From Chlamydiales bacterium (lineage in GTDB: Bacteria; Chlamydiota; Chlamydiia; Chlamydiales; JBDQID01), in NCBI GenBank assembly GCA_047611865.1, contig JBLFWS010000059.1, positions 1 through 17,862 of the forward strand: a stretch of 17,862 bases of DNA, in the 5' to 3' direction. The stretch's first letter is position 1. Each line of letters begins with the position of its first letter. Both the position numbers and the translations under genes were made by a program. The notes under the pieces are model-generated. The model was given only the letters and a program-made list of their open reading frames with translations. It was not told the DNA's origin and searched no databases. Below are positions 1-7,010 of the stretch, piece by piece.

Positions 1-131
1 TGGTGGTATACCCAACTCGGGTTAGTTTCGGTAAATGAAAAAGAAAATCATTAGCCATCGCAAGTTGATAAAAATGGGCATATTAACGTCTGATAATAAA
101 ATATAAACAAAGAATTAAAACCCTTGATACT

Positions 132-161
132 TTGACAATATTTCCTCTGTACAAGTACACT
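132..161 (+). promoter_or_regulatory. Candidate sigma70/sigma66-type promoter for the prfB operon
   Basis: TTGACA (132-137), 18-nt spacer, TACACT (156-161), about 45 nt upstream of the prfB ATG at 205. Confidence 0.6.
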
Positions 162-204
162 ACTCAGGTAAAACCCAAGATACGCTACTTTTCTGAGGGA
201 TCCC

Positions 205-1306
205 ATGGCCATCAATGAAGAAACACAATTACGTCTATCTAATATTCATCAGAGACTAGAGCACATGTGGGGGTATCTTTGACCTCGCTACTAAGGAAAA
301 ACGAGTTACAGAATTAGAAACCGTTATGGAAGCAGCTAATTTCTGGAACGATAACGTATCTGCCCAAAAAGTCATTGAAGAGAGCAACCTGTTAAAAGCA
401 TGGACTGTTCCTTATCATGAACTGAAAGAACGCTTTTCTGCAGTCCTCTCTTTACTACCTGAAACTGATGAAAGTACTGACGGTGAATTAATTGAGGAAC
501 TTCTCGAAGAACTCGGAGACATAGAGTCTAGCCTATCCGAACTTGAAATCCGCAAAATGCTTTCAGGAGAATTGGATAATAAATCCTGTTATCTCAACAT
601 TAATTCGGGTGCCGGTGGAACAGAATCCTGTGATTGGGCGGAAATGCTTAGTCGCATGTACCAAAGGTGGGCAAATAAACGAAAATGGGGAGTAGAAGTC
701 ATTGACACTGTCGATGGCGAAGTCGCTGGCATTAAAAGCGTCACCATGAAATTTACAGGTGACTTTGCCTACGGTTATAGTAAAGCCGAAAAAGGTGTAC
801 ATCGCCTGATTCGCATATCCCCTTTCGATAGTAATTCTCGAAGACACACAAGCTTTGCATCTGTTGATATTACTCCTGAAATCACCGACGATATTATTAT
901 CGAAATCAAACCCGATGATATTCGTATAGATACCTATCGTTCGTCAGGAGCCGGAGGTCAGCACGTTAACGTAACAGATTCTGCGGTTCGAATTACCCAT
1001 ATCCCAACAGGCATCGTGATATCCTGCCAAAACCAAAGAAGCCAGCACCAAAATAAAGAAACATGTTTCAAGCTATTGCGCTCCAAGTTATACGAGAAAG
1101 AAGTCACCGAAAGAGAAAACTCTCTTAAAGAAATGAACGGGGTAAAAATGGACATCGCCTGGGGAAGCCAAATCCGGAACTATGTCTTTCAACCCTATAC
1201 GCTAGTAAAAGACACACGCACTAAATTTGAATCAGGTAATATTCAAGCCGTAATGGATGGAGACCTTGATCAATTTGTAAATGCCTATTTAAAGGAATTT
1301 GGTTAA
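205..1306 (+). CDS. prfB: Peptide chain release factor 2, about 366 aa, expressed via a programmed +1 frameshift
   Basis: GAGGGA SD (195-200) precedes ATG 205, which reads MAINEETQLRLSNIHQRLEHMWGYL then CTT TGA C (277-283). The +1 frame from GAC 281 (DLATKEKRVTELETV) runs without a stop into the 326..1306 ORF. That ORF has the RF2 SPF motif (ISPFDS) and GGQ (GAGGQHVN). Confidence 0.98.
268..283 (+). promoter_or_regulatory. prfB +1 ribosomal frameshift cassette
   Basis: TGGGGG-TAT-CTT-TGA-C: an internal SD-like G run 3 nt before the CTT-TGA-C shift site, matching the canonical RF2 autoregulatory site. Confidence 0.96.
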
Positions 1307-1311
1307 GCAAT

Positions 1312-1815
1312 ATGGGTGATATCAACGATGAAATAGATATTCGTTATACAGAGCCACGTGATGCTAAATATCTAAAAGAGTGGCTTCAAGAAGGACCAGA
1401 TGTGTTGCGCTGGTTCCCTATGGCTGATGAAAGAGAAATTGACGATGCTGTTGCCCGCTGGATCGGCTTCAGTAAATTCAAATGCAGCTTAACTGCAGAA
1501 CTTGACGGACAACCTTGTGGTTTGGCTACTTTATATTTGCAGCCATACAAAAAGCTCGCACACCAATGCGAATTCGGAATAATTTGTGGTGACGGCTACC
1601 GTGGTAAGGGAATTGGTACTGTCATCCTGAACAATCTGATGCACCTCGCAAAAGAGCACTTCAATGTAGAGCTCCTCCACCTTCAGGTTTACGAAGGCAA
1701 CCCAGCAATCTCCCTCTACAAGCGCTTCGGTTTTAAAGAATATGGCCGGCAAACACACTGGATTAAAGAAAATGGAGAACCCCTCGGCCGTATCTTCATG
1801 GAAAGATTTTTATAA
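1312..1815 (+). CDS. GNAT-family N-acetyltransferase (YhhY/RimL-like)
   Basis: Acetyl-CoA motif A (YRGKGIG) and motif B (LQVYEGNPAISLYKRFGF); starts 5 nt after prfB. Confidence 0.9.
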   Translation: MGDINDEIDIRYTEPRDAKYLKEWLQEGPDVLRWFPMADEREIDDAVARWIGFSKFKCSLTAELDGQPCGLATLYLQPYKKLAHQCEFGIICGDGYRGKGIGTVILNNLMHLAKEHFNVELLHLQVYEGNPAISLYKRFGFKEYGRQTHWIKENGEPLGRIFMERFL

Positions 1816-1838
1816 GTAGAAAAGAAAAAGGAACAATT

Positions 1839-2561
1839 ATGGCAGGACATAGTAAGTGGGCTAATATCAAGCACAAAAAAGCCCGATCTGACGCAAAAAA
1901 GGGTAAAGAATTTTCCCGTGTTACAAAAGAAATTATTTCAGCAGTCAAACAAGGCGGCCCCGATCAAGATAGCAACGCCAAATTACGCCTCGCAGTTCAA
2001 AAAGCTCGTGCTGCCAATCTACCCAAAGAAAACATCGAAAGAAATATCAAAAAAGCCACCAGTGCAGACCAGGCCGACTACACAGAAATCACCTACGAAC
2101 TCTATGGCCACGGAGGTGTCGGAATCATAGTTGATGTGATGACTGACAACAAAAATAGATCCAACTCTGACCTCCGAATTGCCACCAACAAATGTGGAGG
2201 CAATCTCGCCACTCCTGGAGCCGTCTCTTTTAATTTCGATCGAAAAGGTGTCATTCAAATACTCAAGGAAAACGTTAACGAAGACAAACTCTTTCTTGCT
2301 GCCAGTGAAGCAGGAGCTGAAGATTTCGACCCTGCCGATGAACTATTCATGGTAATCACAGAACCCTCAGACCTTTATTCTGTCAAAGAAGCCCTAGAAG
2401 GGCAGGGTTACAAATGTGAGGGAGCCAACCTGGAGATGCTCCCAAAAATTTGGGTCGAATGCGACGAACAAACATTTCAAGCTAATATGAAGCTCTTAGA
2501 CTGGCTAGAAGATCTCGACGATGTAGACGCCGTTTTCCATAATGCCGAACCCAAGGAATAG
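1839..2561 (+). CDS. yebC: YebC/PmpR family protein
   Basis: Signature N-terminus MAGHSKWANIKHKK, YELYGHGGVGIIV..TDNKNR and C-terminal LEDLDDVDAVFHN; AAGGA SD upstream. Confidence 0.97.
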   Translation: MAGHSKWANIKHKKARSDAKKGKEFSRVTKEIISAVKQGGPDQDSNAKLRLAVQKARAANLPKENIERNIKKATSADQADYTEITYELYGHGGVGIIVDVMTDNKNRSNSDLRIATNKCGGNLATPGAVSFNFDRKGVIQILKENVNEDKLFLAASEAGAEDFDPADELFMVITEPSDLYSVKEALEGQGYKCEGANLEMLPKIWVECDEQTFQANMKLLDWLEDLDDVDAVFHNAEPKE

Positions 2562-2576
2562 GTCAGGCTTTTCAGA

Positions 2577-4214
2577 ATGCATATTTATATTTCCCAGCTT
2601 AACCCTACTATTGGTAACTTAGAAGCCAATACGGAATCGATCATCAGCTCTATCTCCGCAGCAACAGCGGAAGGAGCTGACCTCATCGTTTTTCCAGAGC
2701 TCAGTATCTGCGGTTACCCTCCTGAAGATTTTCTTCTTTTGCCCCACTTTTTAGAAGCAATGCAGCAACAACTCAATCACATTGTGAAGGCTAGCCATAA
2801 CATCACCGCTATTGTTGGCTGCATTAGAGAAAATCCTTCAACAAAAGAAAAACAACTTTTTAACTCCGCAGCAATCATTCAAAATGGTGAACTACTGGGC
2901 TTCCAGGATAAACTACTTCTCCCAACTTATGACATTTTCGATGAACGAAGATATTTCGAACCAGGGAAAGAAATATCCCCCTGGGATATTTGTGGAAAAC
3001 GCGTAGGAATTAGCATCTGCGAAGACATCTGGCAACACTCAGGTTTGCTCAATTCCTCTGCATACCTCCTCGACCCCATTAATGAATTGAAAGATGCTAA
3101 TGTAGATCTTCTTATAAACATCTCCTCATCCCCATTTAGCAGGCGTAAATTTGATACTCGTCTTAACGTTTGCTCAAAAGCCGCGACAACTCTTCAATGT
3201 CCTGTTGTACTTTGCAATCAAGCCGGTGCCAACGATAGTATCATCTTTGATGGATACAGTATCTATGTTGACGCACAGGGGAAATTGATCAAGCATGCCA
3301 AAGGTTTCGAAGCTGACCACATCCTAATCGACACCTCCACAAATGAGCCTCCCTCCCCTTTTACCTACAACCCTATTGAGGGTCTTTACCAAGCACTGGT
3401 CACTGGCGTTAAAGACTACTTCAAGAAACAAGGCTTCACCAAAGCCTGCTTAGGATTGTCCGGAGGTATCGACTCCGCCGTTGTGGCCTGCATCGCTGCA
3501 GAAGCCCTCGGTGCAGATCAACTACTATGTGTTAGCATGCCTTCCAGGTACTCCTCTGATTCCAGTCTTAGCGATGCAAAAAGCCTCGCTCTCAATTTGG
3601 GATCCGAAAACAGAGTAATCTCTATTGAAACCGTATTTCAAACCTACCTGAACTTGCTCGAACCTCATTTCGAAAATAAAAAATCTGATGCCACCGAAGA
3701 AAATCTACAAGCAAGAATACGTGGAATGATACTGATGGCTACATCTAATAAACACGGATACATCCTACTAAGTACTGGAAATAAAAGTGAACTTGCAATG
3801 GGTTATTCCACGCTTTATGGAGATATGTGTGGCGGCCTCTCTGTTATCAGTGATGTCACAAAAGGTGAAGTATACGACCTTGCCCGCTGGATAAACCGGG
3901 AAAAAGAAATCATCCCAGAAAATACTATTGTAAAACCCCCATCAGCAGAGTTGCGACCTAATCAAAAAGACTCAGACTCACTTCCTGATTATGCCATCAT
4001 AGACATGGTTCTTAAGGAATATGTTGAAGAACACCTTGATCCCAACGAAATCGCTTCTAAACATGGAATAGACAGAACGCTCGTTAATGAATTGGTAAGA
4101 AAAATCCACTTAAATGAATACAAACGCCGCCAAAGTCCACCAGGATTACGTGTAAGCGAAAAATCATTTACTACTGGCCGACGCTTTCCAATCGTTCAAG
4201 GTTGGGTCACCTAA
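2577..4214 (+). CDS. nadE: Glutamine-dependent NAD+ synthetase
   Basis: N-terminal nitrilase-like glutaminase domain (FPELS, K.LLP.YDIFDERRYF, ICEDIW, giving the E-K-C triad). C-terminal synthetase domain with SGGIDS, ENLQARIRG, TGNKSE..GY.TLYGD, KPPSAEL and EYKRRQ.P. Confidence 0.97.
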   Translation: MHIYISQLNPTIGNLEANTESIISSISAATAEGADLIVFPELSICGYPPEDFLLLPHFLEAMQQQLNHIVKASHNITAIVGCIRENPSTKEKQLFNSAAIIQNGELLGFQDKLLLPTYDIFDERRYFEPGKEISPWDICGKRVGISICEDIWQHSGLLNSSAYLLDPINELKDANVDLLINISSSPFSRRKFDTRLNVCSKAATTLQCPVVLCNQAGANDSIIFDGYSIYVDAQGKLIKHAKGFEADHILIDTSTNEPPSPFTYNPIEGLYQALVTGVKDYFKKQGFTKACLGLSGGIDSAVVACIAAEALGADQLLCVSMPSRYSSDSSLSDAKSLALNLGSENRVISIETVFQTYLNLLEPHFENKKSDATEENLQARIRGMILMATSNKHGYILLSTGNKSELAMGYSTLYGDMCGGLSVISDVTKGEVYDLARWINREKEIIPENTIVKPPSAELRPNQKDSDSLPDYAIIDMVLKEYVEEHLDPNEIASKHGIDRTLVNELVRKIHLNEYKRRQSPPGLRVSEKSFTTGRRFPIVQGWVT

Positions 4215-4261
4215 ATACTATTCGGTAGTTATACCACGCTCAGCCAGAAACTTAGCATAGC

Positions 4262-5206
4262 TTAAGCTTCTTCCCATGGAAAAGGCATGATATCTCCGAT
4301 TCTGGGTGTATCATGCCGCAGCATCATTAGTCGATCAAAGCCAACAGCTACTCCGCAACTATCGGGCAAGCCCACTTCCAATGCTTGAAGAAAACGACCA
4401 TCGCTATCTAAACGGACCTTACCCATTATCTCTCTTTTATCATTTGCTTCTTCGAATCGCTTTCTTTGCTCAACAGCGTCCGTTAATTCATGGTAACCGT
4501 TAGCAAGCTCAACACCCTTGAAGTAAATTTCAAAACGTTCAGCAACCTGTTCATCTCCCTTCATGATAGTATTTGCCAACGCTGCTTGAGAAGCGGGATA
4601 GTGAGTAAGCACCCAAAGGATTTCTCCTTCAAAATGAGGCTCTACATAATGGCCCATCAAAAGATTCAACAAAGAATCTTTATCTTCCAAAGAAAGGTCC
4701 GAATTCATGGAAAAACCCCTCTCCTCTAAACAAAGTACAAGATCATCACAAGTCGCTGTAAGATAATCCACTGCAATATACTCTCGCAAGGCTTCACGAT
4801 AAGAAATGAACTTAACAGACACACGCCCTAAAAAAAGGCTAATGAAATCCACTGTCTCTTCGATCATCCCCTGGAAGGATGTTCCCACTCTATACCATTC
4901 GGCCATCATAAATTCTGGATTGTGAAGTTCTCCACACTCGCCATCTCTAAAAACGTGGGACAATTGGTAACAGTCACCAATACCCAATGATAACAGCCTT
5001 TTCATCCCGTATTCAGGAGAAGAATGCAAAAATCGTTTTTGTGATCCTACGTAAAAAGCTGGGATGAGATCTATGTGTATATCTATTGATGGACATGCGC
5101 TCAAAGAAGGGCAATCTACTTCTAGAACTCCCTTTTCTTCAAAAAAGCCTCTAGCCAAAGCAAGCATCAACGCTCGATCTTTGAGCAATTCAATTTTATT
5201 ATTCAT
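4262..5206 (-). CDS. epmA: EF-P beta-lysine ligase EpmA (GenX/PoxA/YjeA)
   Basis: LysRS-like catalytic domain only: LHSSPEYGMKRLL, FRDGE.G.LHNPEF.M.EWYR, AERFEIY..GVELANGYHEL, GVAVGFDRL. It lies directly downstream of efp. Start set to ATG 5206 (MNNKIELL) because the ORF-track extension to 5260 spans the efp terminator. Confidence 0.95.
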   Translation of the reverse strand: MNNKIELLKDRALMLALARGFFEEKGVLEVDCPSLSACPSIDIHIDLIPAFYVGSQKRFLHSSPEYGMKRLLSLGIGDCYQLSHVFRDGECGELHNPEFMMAEWYRVGTSFQGMIEETVDFISLFLGRVSVKFISYREALREYIAVDYLTATCDDLVLCLEERGFSMNSDLSLEDKDSLLNLLMGHYVEPHFEGEILWVLTHYPASQAALANTIMKGDEQVAERFEIYFKGVELANGYHELTDAVEQRKRFEEANDKREIMGKVRLDSDGRFLQALEVGLPDSCGVAVGFDRLMMLRHDTPRIGDIMPFPWEEA

Positions 5207-5228
5207 TATAGAGTACCCAACAAAATTC

Positions 5229-5254
5229 AAAAAAAACGGCAAAAAAATTGCCGC
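5229..5254 (-). terminator. Intrinsic terminator downstream of efp
   Basis: The - strand reads G-CGGCAA-TTTTT-TTGCCG-TTTTTTTT: a 6-bp stem, 5-nt loop and U8 tail, about 20 nt after the efp stop. Confidence 0.75.
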
Positions 5255-5275
5255 TTTCAAAAGACAAGACTAATC

Positions 5276-5848
5276 CTATTTCGCTGCACGACAAACGTAT
5301 TCCCCTGTACGGGTATCAATCTTTATGATTTCGCCTTGATCAATGAAAATTGGCACCTGAACTTTAGCTCCACTTTCCGTGACTGCTGCTTTCAATACTC
5401 GTCCTGAAGCAGTATCACCTTTAACGCCAGGATCAGTTTGCTCAATTTTCATTTCCATAAAAGTTGGTGGCTCTATTGCAACAGCTTCGCCATTATAGAA
5501 AATCAAATCATAAACTAAATCTTCAAGAAGCCATTGGTCAACATTTTGTATTTTATCATTGGCTACTACTGTCTGTTCATGAGTCGTTTCATCCATAAAT
5601 ACGACCCCTTCAGGTTCCCGGTAAATCATTCTCATTTGGGTTTCAAGAACATCCGCAATTTCTACTGTGATTCCTGACTTAAAAGTCTTCTCTATCACCC
5701 GGCCATCCAAAAGATGCTTAAGTCTGGTGCGGTTAAAAGACTGACCCTTTCCAGGCTTTACAAATTGGTTCGTGATGATTACATAGGGATGTCCATCTAC
5801 TTCAATTTTCATTCCTGCTTTAAAGTCATTTGTACTAACTCGGGCCAT
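5276..5848 (-). CDS. efp: Translation elongation factor P
   Basis: FVKPGKGQ loop containing the modifiable Lys, TDPGVKGDT and VQVPIFI..GE.IKIDTRTGEY. Start at ATG 5848 (MARVSTNDF) is preceded by a GAGGA SD. Confidence 0.97.
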   Translation of the reverse strand: MARVSTNDFKAGMKIEVDGHPYVIITNQFVKPGKGQSFNRTRLKHLLDGRVIEKTFKSGITVEIADVLETQMRMIYREPEGVVFMDETTHEQTVVANDKIQNVDQWLLEDLVYDLIFYNGEAVAIEPPTFMEMKIEQTDPGVKGDTASGRVLKAAVTESGAKVQVPIFIDQGEIIKIDTRTGEYVCRAAK

Positions 5849-5894
5849 ATAAGGATTCCTCATTTCTTGCGTTCAAGATTTAAATTTTCTTTGA

Positions 5895-5923
5895 ATAGTA
5901 ACAAAATTCACCCGATTTGTCCA
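5895..5923 (-). promoter_or_regulatory. Candidate efp promoter
   Basis: - strand TGGACA (5923-5918), 17-nt spacer, TACTAT (5900-5895) with an extended -10 TG. Confidence 0.5.
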
Positions 5924-6092
5924 TCTAATCCTTCTATCTAGCTCCTTGATTATAGAAAGTTTACGCAATCCGCTATCCCTAAAGAATAACATTGTCCTCT
6001 TTTCCTAACTCACACACTCTCCCCAAGATATGTTTGAAAATTATCCTGAAAAACTATAACGTTCAATCAAGGTTAAAAAAAAGGGTAGACAG

Positions 6093-6302
6093 ATGTGGTA
6101 TAACTCATACAAAGATTGCCCACCCGATGAACCTCTATTTAAAAATCAAGTAGAGCCAAATAAAGGCATCATTGGCTGCGAAATGCATGAACGTAACGGT
6201 TGGGGAGAAAAACAACACATTCCCAGTCACAAGGCGAAAGGCAACCTCGCAACCCTTTGGTCCTTTTTATTCGGCACCAATGTAAATGTGAAGGAAAAAT
6301 GA
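6093..6302 (+). CDS. Small hypothetical protein, 69 aa
   Basis: ATG preceded by AAGGGT; its TGA overlaps the next ATG (ATGA at 6299-6302), the typical translational-coupling arrangement. Confidence 0.65.
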   Translation: MWYNSYKDCPPDEPLFKNQVEPNKGIIGCEMHERNGWGEKQHIPSHKAKGNLATLWSFLFGTNVNVKEK

Positions 6303-6508
6303 CCAGCGACCAAGATTGGAGCCGGAACTGGACGTGGGATATTGTTCATCATTACCATAAATGTCCCGAATGTGGATATATCTTAGAAGATCGAACAAAG
6401 TCCGTCAGTTACAATGGGTTTGAACAAAATGAATTATGCTGTAAACGTTGCAAGCACCGTTTTACAGTAAGAAAAAAAGCCAGGCAAACCCTAGGGCCTC
6501 TCTGGTAA
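6299..6508 (+). CDS. Small Zn-ribbon-like protein, 69 aa
   Basis: MTSDQDWSRNWTWDIVHHYHKCPECGY...CCKRCKHRF has two CxxC knuckles about 20 aa apart. The ATG at 6299 in the ATGA overlap is preferred over the track's TTG start at 6200. Confidence 0.7.
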   Translation: MTSDQDWSRNWTWDIVHHYHKCPECGYILEDRTKSVSYNGFEQNELCCKRCKHRFTVRKKARQTLGPLW

Positions 6509-6571
6509 TTTAGCTGCAAACGTTACAACCTCCCTTCCACACCAAAGCATCGCTACCCTATCCCCATATCC

Positions 6572-6781
6572 GGCGTTGTTGCATAATTTAATACGTTTAC
6601 AATCATTTATTTAACCACAGAGAGCACCGAGAACACAGAGAGATCGAAAAATGCATAAAGTCTCTCAGAATATACTATCAACTGATCTGTGATGTTTTAT
6701 TTTCTCTGTGCCCTCTGTGATCTCGGTGGTAAAATTTTAATCATAAGCCTCTTGTAGACGCATGTTTTATGCAACAACGCC
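6572..6781. mobile_element. Non-autonomous MITE, 210 bp, with IS-type TIRs and a target-site duplication
   Basis: Perfect 15-bp TIR GGCGTTGTTGCATAA (6572-6586) / TTATGCAACAACGCC (6767-6781), with imperfect extension (ATACGTTTACAA vs the reverse complement ATGCGTCTACAA). Flanked by the direct repeat CCATATCC (6564-6571 and 6782-6789). No transposase ORF. Confidence 0.9.
6611..6734. repeat. Inverted pair of 3 x 9-nt tandem repeat arms (REP/REPIN-like) inside the MITE
   Basis: Left arm TTAAC-CACAGAGAG-CACCGAGAA-CACAGAGAG (units 6616-6642). The right arm's reverse complement is TTTAC-CACCGAGAT-CACAGAGGG-CACAGAGAA (units 6702-6728). The spacer is 59 nt. Confidence 0.85.
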
Positions 6782-6830
6782 CCATATCCTGAGAAAAATA
6801 TATACCGAAACGACTTCAAAAATTGAAATT

Positions 6831-6859
6831 TTGATATGTCTTAAAAGTATTACTATAAG
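6831..6859 (+). promoter_or_regulatory. Candidate promoter for the large repeat-protein gene
   Basis: TTGATA (6831-6836), 17-nt spacer, TATAAG (6854-6859); the region is AT-rich, so a chance match is possible. Confidence 0.35.
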
Positions 6860-7010
6860 TCCCTATATAAGGTAGATTGTTCCCATTATCTCATCCTTAT
6901 ATACCCCCTTTCTTACAACTGAGTTTTATAATTATTATTCGTATTGGCGCCAATACATATATATGATAAGCTTCGACTGCAAAAGATTATATCACCACAA
7001 GGAGAGCATG

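Noticed and set aside
1..58. Possible - strand gene start (MANDFLFHLPKLTRVGYTT)
   Set aside because: Only 19 codons are visible, with no clear SD or recognisable motif.
326..1306. ORF-track start of RF2 at 326, or reading prfB as a pseudogene
   Set aside because: The in-frame TGA sits in the canonical CTT-TGA-C frameshift site; the gene starts at 205.
4215..4268. Bidirectional terminator between the convergent nadE and epmA genes
   Set aside because: Only weak palindromes (ACTA-TTCGG-TAGT, AGCTTAAGCT) without U tracts.
5207..5260. Signal-peptide-like N-terminus MKAAIFLPFFLNFVG on EpmA
   Set aside because: It is just the translation of the T-rich efp terminator; EpmA is cytoplasmic.
6200..6298. 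TTG-started N-terminal extension of the Zn-ribbon ORF
   Set aside because: It overlaps the 6093..6302 ORF by about 100 nt; the ATGA coupling at 6299 is the simpler start.
6651..6692. 13-codon ORF (MHKVSQNILSTDL) inside the MITE
   Set aside because: Too short, no clear SD and no transposase similarity; expected by chance.
6611..6734. 9-nt repeats as a mini CRISPR array
   Set aside because: Units are directly tandem with no spacers, are arranged as inverted arms, and no cas genes are present.
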